A stretch of 64,000 nt of DNA from Octopus sinensis (Eukaryota). The notes beneath the pieces were generated by a model. That model was not told the DNA's origin, ran no database searches, and worked only from the letters and a program-made list of their open reading frames with translations. The position numbers and the translations under genes were made by a program. The DNA lies in the NCBI RefSeq assembly GCF_006345805.1, contig NC_043007.1:23126001-23190000 (forward strand), in the 5' to 3' direction. Shown here in pieces: positions 1 to 12,730 of the stretch. Positions within the stretch are counted from its first letter, which is position 1, and every line of letters begins with the position of its first letter.

Positions 1-164
1 GTAAAACTGTTATGTATCAATAATAATATGTCATCAACTTAAGAATGGCATTCAAATAACTAAAACATAAAAACAAAAACATAGAAAACGAACTTTTTTT
101 TCAAACAACGAAAAAACAACAAACAGAGAAATGAGACATGCAACATAAAGAATATATGTATGTG

Positions 165-203
<39 letters not shown>

Positions 204-207
<4 letters not shown>

Positions 208-386
208 AGAGTTCACGAAAAAAAAAACAAAAGACGAAGACTGGTGGTGTACGAAACAAACAGATGTATTTGTATAACGCTCAGGAATTGAAAAAGTCTT
301 TTACATTTCGAGCCTACGCTCTTCTACAGAAAGGGACACAGAAAAAAACAAGGAGAGAAAAAAATGTGTGTAGTGGCGACCGATCT

Positions 387-390
<4 letters not shown>
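204..390 (-). mobile_element. Short non-coding HHR-bearing module (PLE terminal-repeat-like), family H1, embedded in (TA)n
   Basis: Flanked by (TA)n on both sides; homologous in reverse to 28946-29103; contains the HHR-like motif at 298-333. Confidence 0.7.
298..333 (-). ncRNA. Minimal hammerhead ribozyme-like motif, non-canonical core (A6 to U)
   Basis: Minus strand reads CTTT-CTGTAGA-A-GAGC-GTAG-GCTC-GAA-ATGT-A-AAAG: stem I CTTT/AAAG, stem II GAGC/GCTC, near-palindromic stem III. Confidence 0.6.
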
Positions 391-419
<29 letters not shown>

Positions 420-423
<4 letters not shown>

Positions 424-615
424 TGCCCGCGAGTGTCCCTCTACACCGCTTGTCAACGGTTGTTGGCTTATTCACATCCCTGTAACATAGCAGATCGGCA
501 AAAGAGACCGATAGAATAAGTTCCAGGCTTAATGTAAATATTGGTGTCGATTTGTTCGACTAAAACTATTGATGACCACTATTCTTTGAGTGAAACGAGT
601 AAAAGATAAAACATA
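420..615 (+). mobile_element. SINE family A, diverged 3' half
   Basis: Matches the ...cggcaaaagagaccgatagaataag...gtcgatttgttcgactaaa...gaaacgagtaaaaga segment of the full copies. Confidence 0.7.
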
Positions 616-697
616 AGACTATAACCGATCTCAAGAATGTAAACTGACTGCTTCCATCACTGATAAAATGATTTGCAGTATATTTTCCCCACTAAGT

Positions 698-1085
698 GGA
701 TGGAGGCACTCTGTCGGTTACGACGATGAGTGTTCCGGTTGATCCGATCAACGGAACAGCCTGCTCGTGAAATTAACGTGTAAGTGGCTGAGCACTCCAC
801 AGACACGTGTAGCCTTAACGTAGTTCTCAGGGATATTCAGCGTGACACAGAGAGTGACAAGGCCGGCCCTTTGAAATACAGGTACAACAGAAACAGAAAG
901 TAAGAGTGAGAGAAAGTTGTGGTGAAAGAGTACAGCAGGGATCACCACCATCCTCTGCCGGAGCCTCGTGGAGCTTTTAGGTGTTTTCGCTCAATAAACA
1001 CTCACAACGCCCGGTCTGGGAATCGAAACCGCGATCCTACGACCGCGAGTCCGCTGCCCTAACCACTGGGCCATTGCGCCTCCAC
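698..1085 (-). mobile_element. tRNA-derived SINE, family C, full length
   Basis: Minus strand begins GGAGGCGCAATGGCCCAGTGGTTAGGGCAGCGGACTCGCGG...GGTTTCGATTCCC (A and B boxes); 12-bp TSD tccccactaagt at 686-697 and 1086-1097. Confidence 0.9.
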
Positions 1086-1511
1086 TCCCCACTAAGTATG
1101 CATAACGTGGCTTCTGAAAACATTCGATCGCATTGTATTTCTCCATGAACAATTTGTGTGGCTTAAGTTTCTTGCTGAAAAAGTCAGTAACTTTCCCAAT
1201 CAGTATTTCGAATTTCATTGAATATCAATTTATTTAAAAATGTGGAGAGGGAGTAGTGGGAGGAGATGAAGGTAGAGAGGAGAGAGAAAGGGGAGAGGGC
1301 GAGAAAGAGAGGAGATAAGGGAGAAAGGGAGTGAGAGATTTCCCGTTTAAGGGTTTAGATTAGAAGTGTCTTTCGGGCATTTTGAAATTTATCGTTTTGT
1401 CTTTTTATATTTCCTTCACGTTACTTCCGTTTAGATATTTCCATGGTATTTCTGTTTTGGCCCGTCCTTTTATTTTATGTAATTACTACAATCTATTTTG
1501 TCATTTAACAG

Positions 1512-1512
<1 letters not shown>

Positions 1513-1574
<62 letters not shown>

Positions 1575-1599
1575 CACACACCACACACAAACACGCACG

Positions 1600-1635
<36 letters not shown>

Positions 1636-1779
1636 AACACACACACACAAACACACACACGCACACACACACACAACACACACACACCACACCACACACA
1701 CACACCACACACACACACAACACGCACGCACACACACAAACACACACACAACACACACACACACACACACACACGCGCA

Positions 1780-1854
<75 letters not shown>

Positions 1855-1857
1855 ACA
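1513..1857. repeat. (CA)n microsatellite
   Basis: Imperfect CA array. Confidence 0.98.
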
Positions 1858-2171
1858 GAATTGATCGGGCCTGTAATCAGATTTATTTGTCAAATACATA
1901 TTCCAGTCGGTTGAAATTCAATTCTAATGAAATTCATGCTTCGTCATTTTTTCCCAAACAATCTAATATATTACCACATGAATGTTTTTATCAATGATAT
2001 ATTTGTTTCGGATTTCACTGCCGCAGAGGCAATCAACTGTGTGTATGGAAATTGCCTGGACTAAAATTGGAGTAGCTTGATTATGGGCCGATGTGTTTTT
2101 TTTTTTTTCTGAGAATATAATTATATATGCAGTTGTTTTTGTAGATGTTTAAGCTCAGTTTAGTTGTAATC

Positions 2172-2352
2172 GCCGGGCGAAATGCTTAGCGGCATTTCGT
2201 CTGCTGTTGCGTTCTGAGTTCAAATTCCACCGAGGTCGACTTTGCCTTTTATCCTTTCGGGATCGATTAAATAAGTACCAGTTATGCACTGGTGTCGATG
2301 TAATCCCTTTGTCTGTCCCCTCTATATTTAGCCCGTTGTAGGCAATAAAGAA
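2172..2352 (+). mobile_element. SINE family B, 5'-truncated
   Basis: gttctgagttcaaattcc B box followed by gaggtcgactttgcctt...cctttcggg core and the aataaagaaata tail. Confidence 0.85.
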
Positions 2353-2755
2353 ATAATTATATTGATCTAAGATATACTAACTGTGACCATCCCGTCTTTT
2401 TGAATATCAGAGAGTATATTGTCCAATTCGGTTTTAAAAATATTTTTTTTCTATCATGGTTAGATGCCGGTATGAAGGAGATTTAGCTGGTATTCTTAGT
2501 GACTATAGAGACCAGGTAGTAGCCCCCTCCCCCCCCTCATTGTCGTGTTACTTAAATTGTAGTTAGTAGTAGGTGCTAGTGTAAACCCAGGTGAATCAAT
2601 ACATTCGTACATGTTAGGGCCGGATTAAGACCCATAGAGGCCATAAGCACTTAAAATATTTTGACAGTCCCCACCTATATATATATGTAATTCAAAATAA
2701 TAATAAACCATAGAATAAATTTATATTTTTTAAAATGAAAAATAAACAAACTAAT

Positions 2756-2921
2756 AGGCGCAGGAGTGGCTGTGTGGTAAGTAGCTTGCTAACCAACCAC
2801 ATGGTTCCGGGTTCAGTTACACTGCGTGGCATCTTGGGCAAGTGTCTTCTGCTATAGCCCCGGGCCGACCAATGCCTTGTGAGTGGATTTGGAAGACGGA
2901 AACTGAAAGAAGCCTGTCGTA

Positions 2922-3004
<83 letters not shown>

Positions 3005-3223
3005 TTGTGTGTCTGTGTTTGTCCCCCTAGCATTGCTTGACAACCGATGCTGGTGTGTTTACGTCCCCGTAACTTAGCGGTTCGGCAAAAGAGACCGATA
3101 GAATAAGTACATTGCTTACAAAGAATAAGTCCTGGGGTCGATTTGCTCGACTAAAGGCGGTGCTCCAGCATGGCCGCAGTCAAATGACTGAAACAAGTAA
3201 AAGAGAAAAGAGAGTAAAGAGTA
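2756..3223 (+). mobile_element. tRNA-derived SINE family A with internal (TA)n(TG)n, full length
   Basis: ggcgcaggagtggctgtgtggtaag A box, ggttccgggttcag B box, internal microsatellite, tail gactgaaacaagtaaaagag; near-identical copies elsewhere in the window. Confidence 0.92.
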
Positions 3224-4175
3224 AGATGCAAAATAATGTTTAGTTTTTGTATACTCCCACTTTATATTTGAAAATTCACTCCTACCTTTCTTTTAATTGC
3301 AAAGTCTTTGATCAGATTCTCAAAATTAATCTTACGTAACACATCTGCTTCTATACTTGGTGGAGATAAGGCATCCAACATGCCTTATTGTATAGTTGTT
3401 CCGATACCATTTTAATATACTCCAACTTAACATTCAACTGAGCAATCTGCGAGCATCAGTGTTAAAAATATACGAAAGGTAATGTCTCTATATGGAAAGA
3501 CCTACTCAATAACGTTTACCATTTCTGTGGCGCCTCCTTCTCTTGATGCTCTAAGCACATGCTTATTTTGCTTAATGATTAATCCAGCGCTTGCACACAT
3601 ATCACAAATTACCGTATATGATGGCGTATAAGAAAATGTCTCAAAAATCATCCCGGTTTCTATATGCGAAGTTGGGTCTCCCATAAGCTTTAATGCACTA
3701 AAAACTTACTTTTTCCTTGAATATACGCTTCTGAAATTGAGATGGGTCTTATATATCCATGAGTCTTTTATGCCATTGAATGCAGTTATAAGCACATATA
3801 TATGTCCTTATGTACATACTTATGTACATAAATGAAATTTTCTTTTTAGCCGAGGAAGATGTCTGCGTGGTGCGGACGCCTCGTTTATGAGAAATTTATG
3901 TGGAATAGGCTGTTATTCAAGATTATCATGCAATTTACCGCCGTAAAATAGTTAAATTCGCGATAGAAACCAGAAGTGATGAGACTATAGAAGGGTGATA
4001 GATGCTTACCAAGAAGTAAATTGGGCCACAATGTGTGGCTAGTAATGATTTATTTATGTCATATCTTCATGAGTATATGTGGCGAGACAAATTTAAAGAT
4101 CGTGAAAAACTATTCTCGAATTCAATTTCGTGCGTCAATGATTGTTATGTATTTTCGTAAATGTGACGGTTTTCA

Positions 4176-4479
4176 TCTTTATATATAAAACTGAAGTTGT
4201 GTGAGAGTCTGTCTCCTCCGATTTAGATTCCTAACTACTCCCACATTTTGCGGTGCAGTTTAACCAAAAGTGGGTATCTTATAGTCGTCATTCATATTGA
4301 GCCCTTCTGGGTATTAGCGCGCGTCTACGATGAGTCTACGATTAAAAAAAAAAATTACCATAATTTTTTCGTTTTTTTAATGCATTTTTTGCTCGGATTA
4401 TATGAGGGAAGTAACTCTCTAAAATGCTTATATAGTTATTTCCCTTACAAACCCGAACAACGCCGGGCGATACTGCTAG
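4176..4479 (+). mobile_element. Non-autonomous Helitron
   Basis: 5' TC after A, subterminal hairpin cccg..cggg, 3' CTAG before T; near-identical copy at 24754-25060. Confidence 0.8.
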
Positions 4480-4579
4480 TCTTACATAAATGGATGCATG
4501 CACAATACATATATACAAACAGACATGTAGGCAGGCAGACATACATACGTGAATGAATGAATGAGTGATAGCTGCAACT

Positions 4580-4950
4580 TGATTTCTAGTAATGCTATCG
4601 CTTGATTGTTATTCCTAAACACGAGCGGACGATGTGGCTTTTCAATCCTGCTAGGGACTTAACCGTTTTTTTCAGATGTGGAAACGATGGGTCCCTCTTG
4701 CAACAGGTGTTCAGAGAGTTATTACCCACATTGACGCATGCTTTCATTCTATGATGGGATTTTTTTATTGAGTGCTTTGCATTTCTCAAATCGAAATGTT
4801 TAAAACTCAAGCAATATCTGTATCTGAAGTCCTGAAAAGTAAAGAAAGGCCTTCCACTCTCTAAGCAATATATGGACTTGCCCAAAATGAAGAACTGGTC
4901 TATACGATGAGATGCAAGTCACAGGTTTTACATCAGAGTGTTCCTTCTAA
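4580..4950 (-). mobile_element. Decayed LINE (RTE-like) 3' region
   Basis: Minus ORF ends in KSLAGLKSH, resembling the C-terminal motif of RTE-type ORFs; heavily degenerate. Confidence 0.35.
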
Positions 4951-4989
4951 AAAGATATTTAAACAAAGACTAGCCGTCTCCTACTTCCA

Positions 4990-5135
4990 ATTGTTGGATG
5001 GCCGCTGACTCTTACTGAGTTCATCCGCCCTTTGACAGGTTTTGTTTTCCATTCTGCAGGGTGTCCAATGAAAACTATCCTCATTAACAAGCATGTTCGT
5101 AGGGTTGCCGGCTCAGTCGTCGTCGGCTCGACTAT
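4990..5135 (-). mobile_element. Repeat fragment shared with 41965-42550 (possible LINE 5' UTR)
   Basis: Reverse complement aligns to 42025-42160 (ccggcaacccta...ggacaccctgc..aaaacaaacc.gtcaaagggcgga). Confidence 0.6.
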
Positions 5136-5479
5136 GCGATATACATACACACGAACATACGTACTTATATACATACGTACACTGTAGCATTCTCGGTAGT
5201 TCTCTTCCCGCTCTCTCTGTCTTTCTTATACACACAGAGATTTTCTTGATGCACATGGTATATTATAAAAATAAAAAACAAAAACAAAACTAACAGTAAC
5301 GTGTTGAACATTTTCATTTTGCTTTGTTGTCGTAGCTATATATAATTAAGTATATAATTTTCGTATACTGCTTACTTCCGTTTACAGTTTAATAAATAAA
5401 ATTAAAAAGCAGCTTATATTTAATATAGTAATTTGGTCTGGGAAATCTCTTGTAAGAAAACTGAATTTTTAACCTACTA

Positions 5480-5690
5480 ACGGCGAGCTGGCAGAATCAT
5501 TAAATGAGTTGGACTGGATATTTAATGGCATTACTTCCGGCGCTTTACGTTCTGAGTTCAAATTCTGCCGAGGTCAGTTTTGCCTTTCATTCATACTTTC
5601 GGGGGTCGATAAAATATAATACCAGATGGAGTCGATGTAATCGACTTTCGCCTCTCTTCAAAATTGCTGGCCTTGTTCCAAAATTAGAAA
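5480..5690 (+). mobile_element. SINE family B, diverged
   Basis: ggcgagctggcagaatc head, gagttcaaattc B box, gcctttcat..ttcggggtcgata core. Confidence 0.8.
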
Positions 5691-7017
5691 GAAGTATTAT
5701 TTCACATTCATCACTCATTATGTTTTAATATTCTGTCAGTTGGATTACGGAAGTGTCGATCGGGTACCATTATTGGGTCGTGATTGAGACAATCAATTGG
5801 CTATAATCTGGCCCTGGTTTGTTAATGTATACTCATCACTTTAAATAATACAAATTTAGCCACGGACAATATTTATTAATTCTTACTAACATGGATGACG
5901 GCAGTATCTTCGTGTCCGAAGTTCTCGACGAAAAGCAGTACGCCGTTAATTGGCTATGTAAACCGACCCTTGACCGCTACACGGCTTTTCTTCCTGCCTG
6001 CACTTAATATAATTGTGAGTGTCAGTTCACGCAATTCGGTCCCACTCTTTAGACTGTGGCTCAACGGGCTACGGTGATCAGAAAGTTGCAGGTTTTATGT
6101 TTGAGTGGCCTTCTCCTTTATGAGTCGTTTTACAGGGCAAGGGAGTTGCAGGAAGGGTGTGAATAAAATAACTGAAACGCTGAATACATGTTATATAATG
6201 CATATTATTTTGAAACAACACGGACGTATTTGCTGTCATTCTTTTTGATTATTCAAATATATACATTCATTTATATACACTTATGATTACATGCATATGA
6301 TATCATTTTGCGACGGTCTTGGTAAAGATATAACTATAAAACAAAATGAATGTATAATCTAATACACAAAACTTTTATTGTACTCGTAACGCTGTTGATT
6401 AATATACTATGGAACGAAATCAACGACATAATTTATTATTGAAATGACATTTGAATTATATTATTCGCAAGACATTTGATGAGGAAAAAAAGCATTTCAA
6501 ATTAGATGGTGTGTGTGTGTGTGTGATCACAGCTGAGTGGGCAGCCACTGTGCTTAGTTCACTCGGTTTCTGGATTCATGTTCAGCAATATGATTTTTTT
6601 GCTGATATGAAAATAAGGATGTAGTGCATTGTATTACGATTTGTCAAAGCGATACCGCAATAGAATAACATTACAAATAGATTATGCTTTTGATGTTGTT
6701 GTTGTTATGCTTTTCACCGTAACGATTATTCATAGCGAGATTGCTTCTACACACTGTTTTTTCAACAGATTTTTCAATAATTCTAATAACATATTTTGCT
6801 GTATCTATGGATGATTATGTTTCAAATTCTAATAACATAATTACAATGGAAAGGCAAAAGATCAGTGGGCCAACACTTTCTCGTTGACAACTACGTGACC
6901 CTTTCTAGTAGAGCTCGTTCGCTTCTTGATGTAAAAAAAAAAATAACAGATACCAATTCTCAATGTAGAAAGACCGGACAAAGACTAGAGAGCTCAGACA
7001 TGTTCTCTCTTAAGATA

Positions 7018-7168
7018 TATTTCTTTACTACCCGCAAGGGGCTAACGTTCTGGGTTCAAATTCCGCCGAGATCGACTTTGCCTTTCATCCTTTCGGGGTC
7101 AATAAATTAAGTACCAGTTACGCACTGGGGTCAATGTAATCGACTTAATCCGTTTGTATGTCCTTGTT
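7018..7168. mobile_element. SINE family B insertion with internal inversion (twin-priming structure)
   Basis: 17-bp TSD tgttctctcttaagata at 7001-7017 and 7169-7185; 3' tail on the minus strand (7019-7045) joined to an internal segment on the plus strand (7046-7168). Confidence 0.8.
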
Positions 7169-7334
7169 TGTTCTCTCTTAAGATAGATGCTTCAACACTA
7201 TCTTAAGGATCAAATGTCCCATAAATAATACAACTTCAAAAGCAGCTATGGTTCTCTACAACCAACGGTGTTATATTTTTCAAAATAATCGTAAGAATTC
7301 CATAAGTACTGTTGATATGTCTATTGATTTCAGA

Positions 7335-7563
7335 TTTTGGCACAAGGATAGCAGTTGGAGATGGGGGTTAAGTCGATTACATCGATCCCAAGTGACAACT
7401 AGTACTTATTTTATCGACCCCGAAAGGATGAAACTCAGAGTCAACCCCGAAAGGATGAAAGTCAGAGTCGACACCGGTGGAATTTGAACTCAGAACATGA
7501 AGACGGACGAAATACTGCTAAGCATTTGGCCCTGCGTGCTAACAATTCTGCCAGTTCGTCGCC
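7335..7563 (-). mobile_element. SINE family B
   Basis: Reverse complement of the family B head and core, with a small internal duplication of the core. Confidence 0.85.
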
Positions 7564-7565
7564 AA

Positions 7566-7965
7566 TGAGCTGGCAGAATCGTTAGCACACCAGGCAAAAT
7601 GCTTAGCGGTATTTCACCTGCCGCTACGTTCTGAGTTCAAATTCCGCCGAGGTCGACTTTGTCTTCCGTCCTTTCGGGGTCGATTAAATAAGTACCAGTT
7701 ACGCAGTGGAGTCGATATAATCGACTTAATCCGTTTGTCTGTCCTTGTTTTTCCCCTCAGTGTTTAGCCCCTTGTGGATAGTAAAGAAATAGGTATTTCA
7801 TCTGCCGCTACGTTCTGAGTTCAAATTCCGTCGAGGTCGACTTTGTCTTCCATCCTTTCGGGGTCGATTAAATAAGTACCAGTTACGCAGTGGAGTCGAT
7901 ATAATCGACTTGGTCCCTTTGTCTGTCCTCCTCTATGTTTAGCCCCTTGTGGGCAATAAAGAATT
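7566..7965 (+). mobile_element. SINE family B, tandem dimer
   Basis: Two units joined at aaagaaataggtatttc (about 7783-7799). Confidence 0.9.
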
Positions 7966-8924
7966 AAATATGTATAATATGTGTTTTATGACATATGCAT
8001 ACATGCATACACGTGTGTGTGTGTGTACGTGTGCGTGCATTCCTGTGTGTACGCACGTGTACTTTCACTTTCATATACGTGTGTCTGTACATTTGTCAGC
8101 GTAGCTGTTATATGTTTGGTGGGCGCTCCGGACGATGTTTTTATTGGGGCGATACCTTTGGTACTGTTTAAGCCTGCATAAGCTTACTTCCCACCACCCA
8201 CCTACCTACCGGTGATGTTGATTCTGAGTGAGAATAACATTAACTATACACGTTTCTGTGCAATGCTCAGCTGCTGGAAACTATTATTTGAACTGTAAAC
8301 AGTTTGGTTGAGCCGAAAATTGGTACATTCAGCGGCAAACTGCCGGAGATCCACTTACTTTATGAGTGTATATGTGTAAGTGCGCGCCTTTGTGTCTGTG
8401 TGTTATCGAGTGTGCACGTGATTGCATTTGCATAGGTTTATGTTCTTGATTGTGCGTGCATCTGTGTGTGTACACAATGCAGCTATAAGAAGATTTAAGT
8501 GAAATTGCCCGGAAGGAATTATCCAAGACATATATGTATAGATTGATGTGTGTATGTATGTATGTTCGTGTTTATGTATCTATATCAATATACACATACA
8601 CACACGGATTATAATACATAAACAAAATAAAATATGACTACAATTACATCGTTAACGAAGAAGGCATTTGTACAAAACTACAACTTCAGTTGTCGACTTG
8701 CCAGCTGCCGCAGTGATTTTTGGTTCGATATTATAAGAATTATAAGTATTTGGGGAATGAACTTTATACCAATAATCCAAATTTCAGTTATTACAAGTTT
8801 TCCGGAGGCTCAATACTGAAAGAAAGTGAAGCGTATTATAATTTGAAAACACACATATACATATATACATGCAGTCATGTATACATACAAGCAGACACGT
8901 ATATGTACACATAAGGAGACATAT

Positions 8925-9335
8925 GCGTAGAAGTGGCTGTGTGGTAAGTAGCTTGCTTACGAACCACATGGTTCCGGGTTCAGTCCCACTACGTGGCACC
9001 TTGGGCAAGTGTCTTCTACTATAGCCTCGGGCCGACCAAAGCCTTATGAGTGGATTTGGTTGACGGAAACTGAAAGAAGCCCGTCGTATATATATATATA
9101 TGTATGTGTGTGTATATGTTTGTGTGTCGGTGTTTGTTCCCCCAACATCGCTTGACAACCGATGCTGGTGTGTTTGCGTCCCCGTAACTTAGCGGTTCGG
9201 CAAAAGAGATCGATAGAATAAGTACTAGGCTTACAAAGAATAAGTCCTGGAGTCGATTTGCTCGACTAAAGGCGGTGCTCCAGCATGGCCACAGTCACGT
9301 GACTGAAACAAGTAAAAGAGTAAAGAGTAAAGAGA
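8925..9335 (+). mobile_element. SINE family A, full length
   Basis: Aligns to 2756-3223. Confidence 0.92.
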
Positions 9336-9957
9336 GAGATATGAGCGTGTATTCCTATATACAGGATACATATGCAAACGCTTACATCTACATAGATATG
9401 TCAGGCATGTGATAAGAACTCTTTCCCAGCGGAAGATGAATATCAGACCTGTACATGATGTACGGTGGTGATTCTCCTGTTTATAAGAGTTGCTTATGTG
9501 GAAGAAAAGATTGGGTTAAAATACAAGTATAAGGGATAGAAAAGAAGAGAAACAAAAGGAAAAATAGGAATAACCCTGTTGTTTAATGCTAAAGAGTAAT
9601 GGAATTATGATATTCATGCATTTCCATAGTGATTTATCAATTATGTCAAAATGAAAAGTAAATATCCATAACCAGAAAACCAAATGAGAACAAAAAAGGT
9701 TATCCTTAGACCAGAGACTTGGTCTACATGCTTGTAACAGACTTCGCTAAAGGTATATAATGTCCTGGCAGTGGTGTTAAACTAGGCCAAAGATAGGTCT
9801 ACCAACTGTATGTTCAGTGACCAAAATATGGTAGATCATCGTAGGTGTCGAAATCGTGGTGATATTTGGTCGATAACTGATGAGGGTCAAGCATGTCCAC
9901 TTGTACTATATATGTGTTTTTCTGTTATCCCGTATGTCCTTTTGCCGCCCTCTGTGC

Positions 9958-10033
9958 GCTACTTCTACTACTACTACTACTACTATTACTACTACTACTA
10001 CTACTACCACCACTACTACTATTACTACTACTA

Positions 10034-10082
<49 letters not shown>

Positions 10083-10134
10083 CACCACCACACCACCACC
10101 ACCACCACCACCACCACCACCACTACTACTACTA

Positions 10135-10179
<45 letters not shown>
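9958..10179. repeat. (CTA)n/(CCA)n trinucleotide microsatellite
   Basis: Direct reading. Confidence 0.97.
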
Positions 10180-10189
10180 GGTAGATTAA

Positions 10190-10500
10190 ATCTGGTAAAA
10201 GGTGGTTGGTTAAATAAGACAGTGCATTGGCAGAGTCATCAGAAAATCGAATGTTATGTCTGGCGATATTCAGTTCACAGTCCCCTCTGAGTCCAGTTCC
10301 TGTCTGGGTCATCTTTTCCTGTCATCCTACTAGGGTCGAATCTGTTTTCTTTTTTCTTTCTCTCTGTGGTCAAGCCTGGAGAATTACCATCTCTATTCAG
10401 TTTAAAATGCCCAAGACACGTCCTAGCGTTTCCACCGGGAGTTTAGTGTCTTTTACACGCTCTATCAACCTCATCAGTGGAGAGGAAAGTTGCTTCAATA
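10190..10500 (-). mobile_element. Decayed LINE reverse transcriptase fragment
   Basis: Minus translation NIARHNIRFSDDSA resembles the N-L-R-F-A-D-D RT catalytic motif of RTE-type LINEs. Confidence 0.4.
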
Positions 10501-10537
10501 AAACACGTTATGACGACAGGATATAAAATGGTTTCAA

Positions 10538-10767
10538 GGCGGCGAGCTGGCAGAAACGTTAGCACGCCGGGCGAAATGCTTTGCGGTATTTCGTTTATCG
10601 CTACGTTCTGAGTTCAAATTCCGCCGAGGTCGACTTTGCCTTTCATCCTTTCGGGGTCGATTAAATAGGTACCAGTTACGCACTGGGGTCGATATAATCG
10701 ACTTAATCCCTTTGTCTGTCCTTGTTTGTCCCCTCTGTGTTTAGCCCCTTGTGGGTAGTAAAGAAAT
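10538..10767 (+). mobile_element. SINE family B, full length
   Basis: 20-bp TSD aggatataaaatgg(t/c)ttcaa at 10518-10537 and 10768-10787. Confidence 0.92.
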
Positions 10768-10779
10768 AGGATATAAAAT

Positions 10780-10992
10780 GGCTTCAAATTTTGCCACAAA
10801 GGCAGCCATTTTGGGGGAGGAGATGAGATTATGTTACATCGACCCCAGTATTTCACTGGTACTTAATTTATCGACTCCGAAAGGACGAAAGGCAAAGTCG
10901 ACCTCAGTAGGATTTGAACTTAGAATGTGAAGGCGGACGAAATACCGCTTAGCATTTCGCCGGGGCTAACAATTCTGCCAGCTCGCCGCCTT
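10780..10992 (-). mobile_element. SINE family B variant with alternative tail
   Basis: Reverse-complement head ggcggcgagctggcag and core; tail reads cctttgtggcaaaatttgaa. Confidence 0.85.
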
Positions 10993-11118
10993 AGTAACAA
11001 AAAGCAGTGAGCATGACCTTCGCAGGTCGTCTGAGATCGATGCCGTTAAAACTGCTCAGTTTAAACATTTAAGTGCACAAAACTGTTTCTTCTAAAGGAG
11101 AATATTTAGCCAATACAT

Positions 11119-11203
<85 letters not shown>

Positions 11204-12730
11204 TTTCGCTTAGGGGTAGCGATACTAATAACATGGTGTTAAAACTTAAGAAAAAAAAGCGTTATTCGAGTACAGAGTGTAATAAGGAATTATATAAACA
11301 AGGGAACAAGAAATTATGTAACAAACTTCATACACACACACTTACACAAACATATATGTATACATACACACACGCACACACATATACACACATACACATT
11401 GTGTAACAATGTGTTGATAGTCACGCTGAATCGAATCGGTGTCGACCAGTCGACAGAGATGTCCACCGTTTATGTGATGTTGCTTTCTCAACTTGACACT
11501 GTCTTCTTCATGTTCAAGATACTTAAATTTCAAACTACTCTAGACCAATTAGCAATAATTACACAAGTCCAATTAGAAATAACTAGTCGAATTAATTATA
11601 CAGCCCAGTCTATATAGATGCAAATAAGTGCCATCCGATAGTTTAACTCTGCTCTGTGAAGACATTCATTGCACGGTTACAGTGCCAATTTCAAATTTTT
11701 CAATGGTTAATTGTGGACCATGGAGCAATGGGCTTAAAAGAGTTCCAACATTTTTAGTTGCACGATATGAAGGAAAAATGTTCAAGGGATTGTTTGTTAC
11801 AGCCTCGGATATAGCTCTGCGGTTAAAAATTCGGTTTCGTAGCTATATTATTCCGGCCTCAATCTCGTTGCGAGGAACCTTTGAGAAGTATCTTCTACAA
11901 TAATCTCGAGTCGAGCAAAGTTTTATAAGTGAAATTCGATAGGCAGAAACTGTTTGTGGGGACCAATCAGGGACATCGTTTCTGCTCTTTAGTTGTAGAC
12001 TTTATCTGTCGGCTAAGTTAACACTCTCACTCTGACAATGGATATCTTTATCCGCTTTGCAGCAATTATTCGGGCAATGTTTCCGGTATGACGGTAACCT
12101 CCTCTTCTCTCCTCCCCCCACCAACCACAGAGACCCCGAAAAGAGTCACGTGTGCTGTCATTCCTATTCTGATTAAGTCATTAAAAATGGAGCAAAAGAC
12201 TAATATTTACCATTCTTTTCTAAAATGTTGCTTTACTTTAACCGGTGCATTGTATCTCGTTAATCCTGTAATTCCACATACGCTGAATCACGGCTATTTA
12301 ATTCCAGACTTTATTATCGTTACCTATAATCTCTCTCATTCTACATTGATAGTTGACAATATCTTTTAAAGACCATCAACCATCAACTGAACTGAAATTT
12401 CATTCGATAAATTTTTCTTTGTATAAATCCTTATCAAAACATTTTTTGCAAGAGATAACATAAATTTCCATATTATTTTCTTTTTTTTTTTGTAATTCTG
12501 AATCTTGATGTTTCTGCCTGTCAGAACAACAAATAAATCTTAGCCTATTTCTCATTTATGTTAATATATTTGTGAAGAGTTAACATAATTGCTATTAAAT
12601 ATAACGTGGGGTGAGGTGTAGTTCATATTCATCGTTAATAATGGCTGGCACAGCTGTCACAAATACTGAAATTATAATGGTACGAAAATTAATCACTCAG
12701 AACAGCTGATGACAGGTCATTACATTAGAC

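Noticed and set aside
990-1085. tRNA-like cloverleaf heads here and at 2756, 10538, 40393 and 46884
   Set aside because: Each continues into a repeated SINE body, several with TSDs; acceptor stems and terminators of true tRNA genes are absent
9870-9900. CTGATGAG hammerhead-like heptamer
   Set aside because: No properly placed GAAA, stem II or stem III follows
11400-11900. Non-repetitive ORFs 11399-11617 and 11628-11903
   Set aside because: No recognisable domain or convincing splice signals; the minus strand shows faint LINE-like residues (LNMKKT), so decayed repeat is more likely
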